This document shows positions 31,124 through 42,258 of a stretch of DNA of 64,000 nt, one piece after another. The translations under genes were made by a program, and so were the position numbers. The DNA is from Geopsychrobacteraceae bacterium (GTDB lineage Bacteria; Desulfobacterota; Desulfuromonadia; Desulfuromonadales; Geopsychrobacteraceae). Position 1 is the first letter of the stretch. Every line of letters begins with the position of its first letter. Below the pieces are notes generated by a model. It was given only the letters and a program-made list of their open reading frames with translations, was not told where the DNA came from and made no database searches. The stretch covers positions 2,048,001-2,112,000 of the forward strand of contig OY759353.1 in NCBI GenBank assembly GCA_963662315.1. Reading direction: 5' to 3'.

Positions 31124-32542
31124 TTGAAAATCAACCTCACATACCGGTTTTTCCTGTCGATACTCATTGCCACAAGCCTTACAGCAACTGGCTTTATCCT
31201 GGTCGCCTGTTGGCACCTGGACCGGGAATTCCTCAGCTTCATCAGAGAGAGCGAGCGTGAAAGCTGCTGTCATCTAGCCGCGATCCTGGAGGAATATTAT
31301 GGCGCAACCAGCAGCTGGGAACCACTTATTGAAAACCGGGAACCCCGTCACAGACCATCTTTTGCCGCCCAGAGGGAAACCAGCGGACGAGCACTTAATG
31401 CGTTCCAACCGGAAAAAAGATCCCTCCCCCCTCATGCCATGGCCGCCCTTAGTCATCGTTTTGCTCTGCTTGATCAACACAAGGAGGGTTTGGTCGGGGC
31501 GCTTCCCCCCGATGAAAACATGGAGCTGACGCCGCTGGTCCACAAATCACAGACCGTAGGCTTTCTGGCTCTAAAACCAACGCAACAACTAACCGAGGTG
31601 CGCCATCTCGATTTCCTACGCAGCCAATATCAATTTTTCACCGGCTTCGGAATCTTCATCGTCCTGGCCGTGGCAAGCTTTTCACTTTGGCAGATCAGGC
31701 GCCTCATGCAGCCCATTAATGAATTAGCCCAAGCAACCCATAAACTCACCAGTGGGGAATTTTCCAACCGTATTCCCGTAACGCCCAATAACGAATTGGG
31801 TCAATTAGCCAATGACTTTAATATGCTTGCCCTGACTCTGGAAAAAAACGAGCAGTCACGTCGCCAGTGGATCGCCGATATTTCCCATGAACTGAGAACC
31901 CCGATAGGAATTCTGCGCGGGGAAATCGAAGCTCTGATGGACGGTGTTCGCCAGGCCGACGATAAAGCCTTCGAATCACTACATGCCGAAACCATGCGTC
32001 TGGGCAGACTGGTCTGTGACCTATATCAGCTGTCCATGTCAGATCTTGGGGCGTTGAGCTACCGTAAGAAAATCATCAACGCCACGGCTTTGCTGCACGA
32101 TGTCATCGACAGCTATAAAGACGAAATACAGAACCGACAGGTCCGTTTTTTGGGAATGGCCTCTCCAAAGCGACCGATATACGTGTTTGCCGATCCCGAG
32201 CGGCTGCATCAGCTTTTTAGCAACGTGCTGGATAACTCACTGAAATATACAGATCCCGGCGGATATCTTAAAATCGTCACCAGCAAAGGCAGAGAAAATC
32301 TCGAAATTAACATTCAGGACTCGGCGCCTTCCATACCGGAAACGGCTCTAGACAAGATATTCAACCGCTTTTTCCGCATCGAATCGTCACGAAACAGAGA
32401 AACCGGGGGGGCCGGTCTAGGGTTGGCTATTTGCCGCAATATAATCGAAGCACACCAGGGATTTATTCGAGCTGAGCAATCACCACTGGGTGGACTCTGG
32501 ATAAAAATATCCCTGCCGCATATGAGAAAAACCCATGTCTGA
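31124..32542 (+). CDS. HAMP sensor histidine kinase (BaeS-like)
   Basis: ADISHELRTP, SRNRETGGAGLGL. Confidence 0.9.
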   Translation: MKINLTYRFFLSILIATSLTATGFILVACWHLDREFLSFIRESERESCCHLAAILEEYYGATSSWEPLIENREPRHRPSFAAQRETSGRALNAFQPEKRSLPPHAMAALSHRFALLDQHKEGLVGALPPDENMELTPLVHKSQTVGFLALKPTQQLTEVRHLDFLRSQYQFFTGFGIFIVLAVASFSLWQIRRLMQPINELAQATHKLTSGEFSNRIPVTPNNELGQLANDFNMLALTLEKNEQSRRQWIADISHELRTPIGILRGEIEALMDGVRQADDKAFESLHAETMRLGRLVCDLYQLSMSDLGALSYRKKIINATALLHDVIDSYKDEIQNRQVRFLGMASPKRPIYVFADPERLHQLFSNVLDNSLKYTDPGGYLKIVTSKGRENLEINIQDSAPSIPETALDKIFNRFFRIESSRNRETGGAGLGLAICRNIIEAHQGFIRAEQSPLGGLWIKISLPHMRKTHV

Positions 32543-33218
32543 TAAAATCCTTATCATCGAAGATGAAGAGAAGTTTGCTTGCCTTCTCAAAGACTATCTG
32601 GTTCAGGCCGGCTACGAAACGGTATGTGTTGACAACGGCAACAAGGCGGTCGCAGCGGTCAAGGAACACCAACCCTCTCTACTGTTGCTGGATTTAATGC
32701 TGCCTGGCCGCGATGGACTTGAAATCTGTCGTGAAATTAGGGTATTTTCCACTATCCCTATCATTATGATCACAGCCAGAGCAGAAGAGATTGATCGTAT
32801 TCTTGGTCTGGAAATGGGCGCCGATGATTACATCTGCAAACCATTCAGCCCTCGTGAGGTCGTTGCACGCGTCAAGACCGTTATGAGGCGGGCAACGCAG
32901 TCTGTCGATAACTCAGTCACAGGGTTGGTTCTTGACAGCAGTCGCTACCAGGCAACCCTCAATAGCAACCCGCTCGACTTGACGGCAATTGAATTTAAAC
33001 TCTTGCAATTTCTTGCCGGACATCCTGGCCAGATCTTTAGCCGGCAGGCTCTCATGGACAAAATCTATCAGGATGAAAGGGTTGTGTCCGATCGGACGAT
33101 TGACAGTCATATCAAAAAATTACGAAAAAAAATGACCACCTGCGCTCCTCACGTACACCTGATTCATTCGGTTTATGGTGTCGGCTATAAATTTGAATAC
33201 GATGAGCTCACCCCATAA
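32535..33218 (+). CDS. Response regulator (BaeR-like)
   Basis: LLDLMLP, KPFSPREVVAR, DRTIDSHIK, SVYGVGY. Confidence 0.92.
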   Translation: MSDKILIIEDEEKFACLLKDYLVQAGYETVCVDNGNKAVAAVKEHQPSLLLLDLMLPGRDGLEICREIRVFSTIPIIMITARAEEIDRILGLEMGADDYICKPFSPREVVARVKTVMRRATQSVDNSVTGLVLDSSRYQATLNSNPLDLTAIEFKLLQFLAGHPGQIFSRQALMDKIYQDERVVSDRTIDSHIKKLRKKMTTCAPHVHLIHSVYGVGYKFEYDELTP

Positions 33219-33249
33219 GTTAAAGATTGACAACAAATAGGAGACGGCA

Positions 33250-33876
33250 ATGCTTCCGTTTGATACCCTGCTCACCTTTTTTGCCGCAGCTTTATTATTA
33301 GGACTTGCCCCAGGGCCTGACAACATCTTTGTGTTAACCCAGGCTGCGGTGCGTGGTCGTTTAGCCGGAATCATTATCATGCTGGGCTTATGCACCGGGC
33401 TGATCGGTCACACTCTGGCGGTCGCCTTTGGGGTAGCCGTTATCTTTCAGACCTCCGCCCTGGCCTTTTCCACCCTCAAATATATCGGGGCCGGATATCT
33501 TCTTTACCTGGCCTGGCAGGCGTTCAAAGCCCCCGCTATTGCCCCACAGGGCGCTGGGAAATCGACAGATTCCCTGAAAAAACTATACTTGCGTGGTATC
33601 ATCATGAACATCACCAACCCCAAAGTCTCAATCTTCTTCCTCGCCTTCCTGCCCCAGTTCACCGATCCTCAGCATGGTCCTGTTTCAGTGCAAATCCTCC
33701 TGCTCGGTGGTCTGTTTATTGTCGCAACTTTATTTGTCTTTGGTCTTATTGCCCTGCTGGCCGGATCACTTGGCCGCCTGTTGTTGCGCTCTGAAAAGAT
33801 GCAAAAATTGATGAATAAAGGGAGCGCCTTCATTTTCTTGGGTCTCGCCCTGCGCCTTGCAACGGTAAAAAGATAG
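33250..33876 (+). CDS. LysE/RhtB amino-acid exporter
   Basis: PGPDN, GAGYLLYLA, NITNPK..FFLAFLPQF. Confidence 0.92.
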   Translation: MLPFDTLLTFFAAALLLGLAPGPDNIFVLTQAAVRGRLAGIIIMLGLCTGLIGHTLAVAFGVAVIFQTSALAFSTLKYIGAGYLLYLAWQAFKAPAIAPQGAGKSTDSLKKLYLRGIIMNITNPKVSIFFLAFLPQFTDPQHGPVSVQILLLGGLFIVATLFVFGLIALLAGSLGRLLLRSEKMQKLMNKGSAFIFLGLALRLATVKR

Positions 33877-33905
33877 ATACGACTCAGTAAAGCCATTATT
33901 CCATA

Positions 33906-35675
33906 TTGCATAATCAAATGCATTTATGCATAATATCTCCCATGAAAATTATCTCTCTTAATTTCCGGGCACAAGGACTCCTTGATGCGACCGGCCGCAA
34001 TATTGTCACTACAGACCGTGATGGGACCGTGGTATTGGTCAGCAAACTTGCCCGGGAAATCCTCGATCTGGTCCCGGGAATACCGCTGGAATCAGCCTTC
34101 CCAGGCTTTTGGCTGCAGGTTAACAAAGTCCTCGAAGGAACTTTGGAGAGTTGCGAAATCCCCCTGCAACTTGGCTCACGCGAATACCTGGTCGGGGTCA
34201 ACCCAATCATGGAAGAAGGTCAGATCAAAGGTTCCGTCTGCGTGCTGGTCGACAGCACCCAACTCGACACCATGACCCGCCGCCTGCCATCCTTTAATAC
34301 CCTGTCGCGCGAACTCAATACCATTATCGATTCATCATCCGACGGCCTGTTCGTCTGCGATGGCGACGCCAACGTCATCCGCATGAATCCAGCCTCGGAA
34401 AAAATCCATAAACTGCCCGCCAGCGAGATTATCGGTCGCAACATGCGCGAACTGATCGAAAGCGGCTTTATTGACCGGTCCGCAGCCCTGGAAGCCAGCA
34501 TCAGGAAAGAACGCGTCAGTCAACTCCAGAACAAAGACGGGCGCAAACTCATCTCCATTGCGACCCCCGTGTTTGACGACCACAACAACCTTGTCAGGGT
34601 TGTTGTCAGTGAACGAGACATCACTGAAATCGACAATTTACAACGTGAACTTGAAAAACAGGAAGGGATCCGAGACGGCTTTCGTGACCAGATGCTGGCC
34701 ATGCAGCAAGCCGAACTCGAGGCCCAGCAGATCATTGCCCGCAGCCCTTCCATGCTGAAAGCCATTCAGCAGGCCCTCAAGGTTGCCAAAGCAGATTCAT
34801 CGGTACTCCTGCTGGGAGAGTCAGGAGTCGGCAAAGGGTTGTTTGCCGACATGATCCACAAGCACTCCCCGCGTAGCGCCGAGCCCTTGATCAAGATTAA
34901 TTGCGGCGCCATCCCGGAATCACTTATCGAAGCGGAACTGTTCGGCTACGAAAAGGGGGCCTTTACCGGTGCCCTGGACAGCGGCAAACCAGGCCAGTTT
35001 GAGTTGGCGGATGGCGGCACCTTATTTCTTGACGAAATTGCCGAACTCCCACCGTCATCCCAGGTCAAGCTGTTACGCTTTCTCGAAGACGGCCGCATTA
35101 CCAGGCTTGGCGCGACAAAAAGTCGCGGCCTCAACGTACGCGTCCTGGCCGCCACTCACCAGGACATGGAAGCCTTGGTCAAACAAGGCAAATTCCGCCT
35201 CGATCTGTATTACCGACTCAATGTTATCCCAATCCAGATACCTGCGCTACGCGAACGCAACGACTGCATTGTCCCCCTGATCCGCCATTATATTGAACAT
35301 TTTTCCGGCCACAGCAAATCACGCAAACGCTTGACCCGGGCCGCTCTTGACGCCCTGACCAGCTACCCCTACCCTGGCAACGTCCGCGAACTCATGAACA
35401 TCTGCGAACGTCTTGTGGTTATGGCCGACTCGGAAGTTATCGATATTCAAGACCTCCCGGCGCAGATCAGCAGACACGCCATCCCGGAACCTCACACTCT
35501 GGTCAGCACCATCCCGGAGAATCTGTCACTGCCAGAAGCATTGGATCGCATCGAAAAACAGATTCTGGAGCAGGCGCAGGCAACCCATCAGAATCAATGG
35601 GATATAGCCAAAGCTCTGGGCATTAATCAATCGACGGTTGCCAGAAAGCTGAAAAAGCACAAGCTAAACCAATGA
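33906..35675 (+). CDS. PAS-domain sigma54 activator (PrdR/RocR-like); start may be MKIIS at 33942
   Basis: PAS domains, GESGVGK, GAFTGA, HTH QSTVARKL. Confidence 0.9.
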   Translation: MHNQMHLCIISPMKIISLNFRAQGLLDATGRNIVTTDRDGTVVLVSKLAREILDLVPGIPLESAFPGFWLQVNKVLEGTLESCEIPLQLGSREYLVGVNPIMEEGQIKGSVCVLVDSTQLDTMTRRLPSFNTLSRELNTIIDSSSDGLFVCDGDANVIRMNPASEKIHKLPASEIIGRNMRELIESGFIDRSAALEASIRKERVSQLQNKDGRKLISIATPVFDDHNNLVRVVVSERDITEIDNLQRELEKQEGIRDGFRDQMLAMQQAELEAQQIIARSPSMLKAIQQALKVAKADSSVLLLGESGVGKGLFADMIHKHSPRSAEPLIKINCGAIPESLIEAELFGYEKGAFTGALDSGKPGQFELADGGTLFLDEIAELPPSSQVKLLRFLEDGRITRLGATKSRGLNVRVLAATHQDMEALVKQGKFRLDLYYRLNVIPIQIPALRERNDCIVPLIRHYIEHFSGHSKSRKRLTRAALDALTSYPYPGNVRELMNICERLVVMADSEVIDIQDLPAQISRHAIPEPHTLVSTIPENLSLPEALDRIEKQILEQAQATHQNQWDIAKALGINQSTVARKLKKHKLNQ

Positions 35676-35679
35676 CCGG

Positions 35680-35697
35680 TTATGCATATTTGCATAA
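35680..35697. promoter_or_regulatory. Palindromic candidate upstream activator site
   Basis: TTATGCA-TATT-TGCATAA, about 140 bp upstream of the sigma54 promoter. Confidence 0.6.
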
Positions 35698-35837
35698 TCG
35701 GTATCGATCCCCTTCTCCATTTTTTTCATCACTTCCAACTTGCGCTTCAGGTTCCCTGCGATAAGCTATTCTAAAGATATTGTTTTTCGGGCGCTTTACC
35801 GACACAACCAGTCAATTCCCCATACCTAAAAAAGCCA

Positions 35838-35854
35838 TTGGCACAGCCTTTGCT
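35838..35854 (+). promoter_or_regulatory. sigma54 promoter of pruA-putB
   Basis: TTGGCACAGCCTTTGCT. Confidence 0.85.
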
Positions 35855-35919
35855 TTACAGAAAGACACGTATTCACATTGGAATAATTTTCTCGTTTAAT
35901 GAAACCGAAGAGGAGAATC

Positions 35920-37569
35920 ATGAATCTTCTAAACAATGCAACTGTCAGCGTACCCCTGCCGCAGAACGAACCCAACCTAACCTATGCGCCCGGCACCCCG
36001 GAGCGCGCCCAGCTTAAAGCAGCCCTTGAAGAACTCAAGGCAAAGCAGATCGAGGTTCCCCTTATTATCGGTGGCAAAGAGGTGCGTACCGGCGACACAG
36101 CAAAGATCGCCTGCCCCCATGATCATTCGATTAATCTTGGCACTTATCATAAAGCCGGTCCCAAAGAAGTGCAGATGGCCATTGATGCCGCCATGGCCGC
36201 CAAACCGGTCTGGGAAAGCCTGCGCTGGGAAGAACGCGCCGCAATCTTCTTAAAAGCAGCCGACCTGCTTGCTGGCCCTTACCGCTTCCTGCTCAATGCT
36301 GCGACCATGCTCAACATCAGCAAGAACCCCTTCCAGGCGGAAATCGACTCGGCTTGCGAGCTGATCGACTTTTTACGTTTCAACGTTTACTTTGCTCAGC
36401 AGGTCTATGCCGACCAGCCGATGCACAACTCCCGCTTTACCTGGAACTACGTTCAGCACCGCCCCATGGAGGGCTTTATTTTCGCCGTTGCGCCGTTCAA
36501 CTTTACCGCCATTGCCGGCAACCTGCCGACCGCACCAGCGATTATGGGGAACACTGTGGTCTGGAAACCAGCCTCTTCTGCCGTATATGCTCCTTACTAC
36601 TTCATGAAACTGCTTCAGGAAGCGGGCCTGCCTGATGGTGTTATCAACTTTGTTCCCGGTTCCGGCAGTAATGTTGGCGATACCGTTTTGAACAGTCCCG
36701 ACTTTGCCGGCATTCATTTCACCGGCAGTACCGGCGTCTTCCAGGGGATGTGGAAAACCATCGGCAACAATCTGGCTGAGAACAGATATAAAACCTACCC
36801 ACGTATCGTCGGCGAAACCGGCGGTAAAGACTTTATCTTTGCCCACAAATCCGCAGATGCCAAAGCCTTGGCAACGGCCGTTGTGCGCGGTGCTTTCGAA
36901 TTCCAGGGGCAGAAATGTTCCGCTGCATCCCGCGCCTACATTCCAGAATCCCTGTGGCAACCGGTGATGGATGAAATCAAGGCCCAGACCGACCGTATCA
37001 AGATGGGTGATGTCTGCGATTTCCGCAATTTCTTCAATGCGGTTATCGATAAGGCCGCCTTCAAGAGCATTACGGCGTACATCGACTACGCCAAAGCAGC
37101 GGACGATGCCGAGATCGCCATCGGTGGCCACTATGATGACAGCAAGGGCTGGTTCATCGAACCAACCATCATCACCACCACCAATCCGAAGTTCAAAACG
37201 ATGGAAGAGGAGATCTTCGGCCCGGTCATGACCATGTACTGCTACAAAGATGATGAGTACGAAGCCGCCCTGGAACTGTGTGACCAGACCAGTGAATACA
37301 GCCTGACCGGCGCCCTGTTCGCTCAGGACCGTACCGCCATCAGCTTTGGCATGGGCAAACTGACCAACGCTTCGGGCAACTTCTACATTAACGACAAACC
37401 GACCGGTGCCGTTGTCGGCCAACAACCGTTCGGTGGTGGCCGTGCCTCCGGGACCAACGACAAGGCCGGCAGCAAACAGAATCTGATGCGCTGGGTCTCG
37501 GTACGGACTGTTAAGGAAAACTTCGTACCGCCAACAACCTTTGAATATCCATTTATGGATGCCGAATAA
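35920..37569 (+). CDS. pruA: 1-pyrroline-5-carboxylate dehydrogenase
   Basis: QAEIDSACELIDF, PFNFTAI, GETGGKD, GQKCSA, QQPFGG; GAGGAG RBS. Confidence 0.95.
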   Translation: MNLLNNATVSVPLPQNEPNLTYAPGTPERAQLKAALEELKAKQIEVPLIIGGKEVRTGDTAKIACPHDHSINLGTYHKAGPKEVQMAIDAAMAAKPVWESLRWEERAAIFLKAADLLAGPYRFLLNAATMLNISKNPFQAEIDSACELIDFLRFNVYFAQQVYADQPMHNSRFTWNYVQHRPMEGFIFAVAPFNFTAIAGNLPTAPAIMGNTVVWKPASSAVYAPYYFMKLLQEAGLPDGVINFVPGSGSNVGDTVLNSPDFAGIHFTGSTGVFQGMWKTIGNNLAENRYKTYPRIVGETGGKDFIFAHKSADAKALATAVVRGAFEFQGQKCSAASRAYIPESLWQPVMDEIKAQTDRIKMGDVCDFRNFFNAVIDKAAFKSITAYIDYAKAADDAEIAIGGHYDDSKGWFIEPTIITTTNPKFKTMEEEIFGPVMTMYCYKDDEYEAALELCDQTSEYSLTGALFAQDRTAISFGMGKLTNASGNFYINDKPTGAVVGQQPFGGGRASGTNDKAGSKQNLMRWVSVRTVKENFVPPTTFEYPFMDAE

Positions 37570-37653
37570 AGGGTAACAACCTGGTCGACAGTCCTCGGCA
37601 CAGAGCCGGGGACTGCCATACATCATTAAATTTGCGACCAACAGGAAATCGCC

Positions 37654-38562
37654 ATGTCTCTTTTTAACTTTTTCGTATCAAAAACCATCATGCATGTCCC
37701 CAAGCCGATCGTCAGCTACTTCGCAAAGGGATATATTGCAGGGTCAGATCTTGACGACGCCGTCAGAGTCACCAAAGACCTCAATGCCCAAGGAATCATG
37801 ACCACCATCGATATCCTTGGCGAATTCATCACCAAAATCGAGCAAGCTGAAGCGTTTAAAAACAACGGTCTCGAAATTCTGCAGGCCATTGACAAACACA
37901 AACTCAACGCCAACCTGTCCATCAAACCAACCCAGATGGGGTTGCTGTTGAACAAAGAGCGCTGCTTCGAGTTTATTCGTGAACTGGTTGCAGAGGCCAA
38001 GCGGATTAACAATTTCATCCGCATCGACATGGAAGACATTCCCACCACCAATGACACCCTGGAATTCTACGATAAACTGCGCAAAGAATTCCCCGGTCAT
38101 GTTGGTACAGTCCTGCAGGCCTATCTGCATCGCACCCCGCAGGATGTTATCGACCATGCTGAAGGGTACCAGAACTACCGCCTGTGCAAAGGGATTTATA
38201 TCGAACCGCGCCTGCATGCCTGGAAAAACCATCAGTCGATTAACCACAACTATATCCAGTCACTGGAACTGATGTTCAAGCAAGGCGCTTATGTTGGCAT
38301 CGCAACACATGATGAACAACTGGTTTGCGAAGCCATGTCACTGATCCGCCGCATGGGCCTCAAACCTGATCAGTACGAGTTCCAGATGCTGCTTGGCGTT
38401 GATGAAGAGCTGCGTCAGATCATACTCAAAAACGGCCATCGCCTGCGCATTTACGTCCCTTATGGCAAAGACTGGCTCCCCTACTCCAAGCGCCGGCTGA
38501 AAGAGAATCCTTTTATTGCTCAGCATGCTTTGAGACAATTATTGGGAATCAAGAAAAACTAA
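37654..38562 (+). CDS. putB: Monofunctional proline dehydrogenase
   Basis: RIDME, VLQAYL, RLCKGIY, IATHD, EFQMLLG, YVPYG, RRLKE. Confidence 0.92.
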   Translation: MSLFNFFVSKTIMHVPKPIVSYFAKGYIAGSDLDDAVRVTKDLNAQGIMTTIDILGEFITKIEQAEAFKNNGLEILQAIDKHKLNANLSIKPTQMGLLLNKERCFEFIRELVAEAKRINNFIRIDMEDIPTTNDTLEFYDKLRKEFPGHVGTVLQAYLHRTPQDVIDHAEGYQNYRLCKGIYIEPRLHAWKNHQSINHNYIQSLELMFKQGAYVGIATHDEQLVCEAMSLIRRMGLKPDQYEFQMLLGVDEELRQIILKNGHRLRIYVPYGKDWLPYSKRRLKENPFIAQHALRQLLGIKKN

Positions 38563-39099
38563 TAATTTCAGGATCTTCTTGCGATTATCCTGACCGGGGT
38601 GGTACAAACACTCCAAACATTTTGTGATTCGATTGACGGGTGACCAAACCCTTTAGCCATCCGTCAATCGCTATGTTGATGACGAAACAAACTCTGCTCC
38701 ACAAACCACTTGGCAAACCTGGTAAGATTATGTCACCAGTGGCCTGCTTCAGAAAAAATCTGGTCTCAATGGCGAGACCGATCACCAATATTCATTGATC
38801 ATTCGAGAATGGCCTCGACGTGTTGGATCGTGCCAACATAGGGGAGCAACAAAGGACAATAACCCGGTTGCAAGCGCATCATAACCGGGGCAGAAATTTG
38901 TCCCGCGCCCCCCCAAAAGGCGTAGTTGTTTCTGCAATATAGCTATAGAAAAGCGTTTTAATTCAGCTTTTTCAGCAGTATAAAATAGCCAGCAAAGGAC
39001 ATGATTAACACTGGCGACATTTTCGTTGACCGATGAAAATCGGAAAGGTAACCTTCATCAAAACGATGTTTAAAACCATCAAACAAGGAGGCAACAAAC

Positions 39100-40230
39100 A
39101 TGAAGAAGCAGTTCCGTAATCTAGTACTCACTCTGTGCGCTATCGCTCTAACGGCCGGGCTGTCATGGGCCGACACACTGAAGGTCGGTGTTCAGGCTCC
39201 GATTACCGGCAGTTACGCCAATGAAGGACAGGGTATCGACAATGGTGTTCGTTTGCTCGCCGAACAGATCAATGCCAAAGGTGGGGTTTTGGGCAAGCAA
39301 ATTGAAGTCATCACCTGTGACGATCAGGGAACCGCAATGGCCGCAGCAATCTGCGCCAAAGACCTGGTCAACAAGGGTGTTTCCATGGTTATCGGTTCCT
39401 ACACCTCAACCTGCGCCGAAGCTGCTCAGAAAACCTACTACAAAGCCGGTGTCCTGCAGACCTCTGACGGCACCGCTGATGCGTTGACCGAAAAAGGTTA
39501 CTGGACCTTCCTGCGCAACTCTTTCCCCAACAGCGCCGAAGCCGAATTCGCCGCCAACTACCTGGTCAATGTCAAGAAATATAAGCGTATCGTGGTTCTT
39601 TCAGACTTCTCCACCTACGCTGATGGTCTGGCCAATGCCACCGAAGCCGCCATTAAAAAGATGGGTGGTCATGTTGTTTCCCGTGACAAGATCAAAGCAG
39701 ACTCACAGAACTTCACTCCAGTTCTGACCAACATCAAATCCAAGAACCCTGATGCTATCTTCTTCGCTGGTTATTATTCTGACGGCGGCCAGCTACGCTC
39801 CCAGCAAATCGCTCTTGGTATCAAAGCGGACTTCTACGGTGGCGATGCCAACGACAACCCTGACTTCGTGAAACTGGCCGGTTCTGCTGCCGAAGGTGCA
39901 TTCATCATCAATGTCCCTGAGCCTGCTGCCCTGCCCACCCCGATCGCCAAGTCCTTCATCGCTGATTACCAGAAAAAATATGGTGAAATGCCGCCTTCAA
40001 TCTGGGGCCTGATGAATATTGACGGTATGCGTGCCATTATTCACGCCATGGAGCAGAACAAAGGGTTTGACACCAAAAAAGCGGTCGAGTATCTGCAGAA
40101 CATGCCAAGCCCTCTGGACGGCATCACCGGTCCTATCGCCTTTGCCAAAGACGGTAACCGCAGAGGCGGCGCTTATGTGGTTAAAAGGGTTCAGGCTGAT
40201 GGCAGTTATGCTAACGAGTACGTCCAATAA
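39100..40230 (+). CDS. livK: Branched-chain/neutral amino acid ABC substrate-binding protein
   Basis: Signal peptide, PITG, INAKGGVLG, GITGPIAF; substrate may be proline by context. Confidence 0.85.
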   Translation: MKKQFRNLVLTLCAIALTAGLSWADTLKVGVQAPITGSYANEGQGIDNGVRLLAEQINAKGGVLGKQIEVITCDDQGTAMAAAICAKDLVNKGVSMVIGSYTSTCAEAAQKTYYKAGVLQTSDGTADALTEKGYWTFLRNSFPNSAEAEFAANYLVNVKKYKRIVVLSDFSTYADGLANATEAAIKKMGGHVVSRDKIKADSQNFTPVLTNIKSKNPDAIFFAGYYSDGGQLRSQQIALGIKADFYGGDANDNPDFVKLAGSAAEGAFIINVPEPAALPTPIAKSFIADYQKKYGEMPPSIWGLMNIDGMRAIIHAMEQNKGFDTKKAVEYLQNMPSPLDGITGPIAFAKDGNRRGGAYVVKRVQADGSYANEYVQ

Positions 40231-40249
40231 CATCAGCTAAGTCGCGTTA

Positions 40250-40287
40250 CAGGGCGGAGGGAATAGCACCAGATCTCCGCCCTTTTT
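40250..40287 (+). terminator. Stem-loop plus U-tract after the SBP gene
   Basis: AGGGCGGAG...CTCCGCCCTTTTT. Confidence 0.6.
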
Positions 40288-40405
40288 ATGCCTGAAATAG
40301 CAAAATCCGCACCACCGCTGCCCCTCAGACGCGAGCAAAGGACTTGGTTAATGTCCTGGATTCGCGTCTGCAAGGCAGCATGAAATACTAACCCGGAGAA
40401 GTTAT

Positions 40406-41302
40406 ATGGACATTTTTCTGCAACAATTGGCTAATGGTCTGACAATCGGCAGCATGTTTGCTCTGGTCGCCCTCGGCTACACCATGGTCTATGGTGTCAT
40501 GAAATTGATTAACTTTGCCCATGGTGACATGGTTGCCGCCTCAGCCTTTGTCGGCCTGACCATTTACACCCAGGTCATGGGGCAGGCAACCTCCCTTGGC
40601 GCGGTCATTGTCATTTTCCTGTTGTCTGCCGTTATCATGGCCTGCGTCGGTGTTATCCTCGAACGCGTTGCCTACCGCCCTTTGCGTACGGCACCACGTC
40701 TGTCTGCGGTCGTCTCGGCACTGGGTGCCAGCATGGTTATTCAGAATGGCATTATGCTGATCTGGGGCCCGCGCATGCGCATCTTCCCGGAGCTGGTCCC
40801 TCAGGTTTACTGGGATTTTGGTGGCGTTGTCATCAGCCTGATTCAGGTGCTGATCCTGGTTATCTCTCTGATCCTGATGATCTCTCTTTATATTTTTGTT
40901 GAAAAGACCCGCATGGGAGCGGCGATCCGCGCCAGTTCCATCGACCAGGATGCGGCACGCCTGATGGGGATCAACGTCAACAGCGTTATCGCACTGATCT
41001 TTATTATCGGTTCTTCGCTGGGAGCCATCGGCGGTCTGTTTGTCGGTCTGTATTACCGCGGTATCACCTTCAACATGGGGTGGCAGTATGGACTCTACGC
41101 TTTCATCGCTGCCATTCTGGGTGGCATCGGCAATATTCCGGGCGCAATGCTCGGAGGCGTTTTGCTTGGTCTGTTTAACGCCTTTATTGCCGGCTATGTC
41201 TCCAGTACCTGGTCAGATGCATTTACTTTCATTCTGTTGATTTTGATCCTGATCGTCCGTCCCACAGGGATTCTTGGCGAGCGCGTTGCGGAGAAAGTCT
41301 GA
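40406..41302 (+). CDS. livH: ABC permease LivH
   Basis: ALGYTMVYG..KLINFAHG, ILGGIGNIPGA. Confidence 0.92.
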   Translation: MDIFLQQLANGLTIGSMFALVALGYTMVYGVMKLINFAHGDMVAASAFVGLTIYTQVMGQATSLGAVIVIFLLSAVIMACVGVILERVAYRPLRTAPRLSAVVSALGASMVIQNGIMLIWGPRMRIFPELVPQVYWDFGGVVISLIQVLILVISLILMISLYIFVEKTRMGAAIRASSIDQDAARLMGINVNSVIALIFIIGSSLGAIGGLFVGLYYRGITFNMGWQYGLYAFIAAILGGIGNIPGAMLGGVLLGLFNAFIAGYVSSTWSDAFTFILLILILIVRPTGILGERVAEKV

Positions 41303-42258
41303 TGAAAAATTTAGAACGTTACGGTCTACCGGCTTTTATTGTTGTCATGGGCATTCTGCCTCACCTGCTGAACGAACGCTGGCAGGCGGTTGCCATCACT
41401 TTTCTGGTATTCTCTGTCGTCGCCCTTTCGCAAGATATCGTGCTCGGTAAAAGCGGTATGTTCAACATGGGGCAGGCCCTGTTTTTTGGCATGGGCGCTT
41501 ATACCACCGCTATTCTGAATAACGAATTCGGCTGGCCAATAATTGCCACAATCCCCCTGGCCATCATTATTCCTGCCATTTTCGGTATTATCCTCGCCGG
41601 TCCAATTGTCCACCTGCGCGGCGACTACCTGCTGGTCACAACCATCGGTTTCAATATCGTCTTCGTCCAGGTCCTGCAAAACAACCTCGGTGGCGTAACC
41701 GGTGGCCCCAACGGGATTTTCGGGCTTGATTCCCTCAGCCTGTTCAGTATGGATCTGATGAGTCAGGTCTCTGTTTACTACTTTGCCTTTATCGTCCTGC
41801 TCCTGACCCTGTGGATTATTCGTAACCTGGAGAAGAGCAAGCCCGGTCGCGCCCTGCACTACCTGAGGGAAGATCAGCTGGCTGCTGAAAGTATTGGCAT
41901 CAATACCCGCATTTACAAGATCTTCGCCTTTGGCCTGGGAGCTGGTATCGCAGGACTGGCCGGTACCGTCTACGCAACTCAGTACTCCGCCGTCAGCCCT
42001 GAAGCCTTTGAGTTCATACAGTCGGTTCTGTTCTTCAGTATTGTACTGGTCGGCGGCTCATCGATTCCGGGCGTATTACTGGGGGTTTTCGTCATGTTTG
42101 TACTTCCTGAAATTTTCCGGGAATTTGCGACCTGGCGTTACTTCATCTTTGGTTTTGCGATGATTCTGGCCATGATCCTGCGCCCACGCGGCATCTGGCC
42201 GGCAACCTTTGGTAAAATCCCCAAGTTTTTGATTAAGGAAACCAACCATGGCGCATAA
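41302..42258 (+). CDS. livM: ABC permease LivM
   Basis: LRGDYL, TGGPNG, RPRGI. Confidence 0.9.
   Translation: MKNLERYGLPAFIVVMGILPHLLNERWQAVAITFLVFSVVALSQDIVLGKSGMFNMGQALFFGMGAYTTAILNNEFGWPIIATIPLAIIIPAIFGIILAGPIVHLRGDYLLVTTIGFNIVFVQVLQNNLGGVTGGPNGIFGLDSLSLFSMDLMSQVSVYYFAFIVLLLTLWIIRNLEKSKPGRALHYLREDQLAAESIGINTRIYKIFAFGLGAGIAGLAGTVYATQYSAVSPEAFEFIQSVLFFSIVLVGGSSIPGVLLGVFVMFVLPEIFREFATWRYFIFGFAMILAMILRPRGIWPATFGKIPKFLIKETNHGA

Noticed and set aside
36373..37641. Long antisense ORFs (also 16470-17477, 19800-20939, 50922-51773)
   Set aside because: Shadows of well-supported genes on the opposite strand, with no motifs of their own
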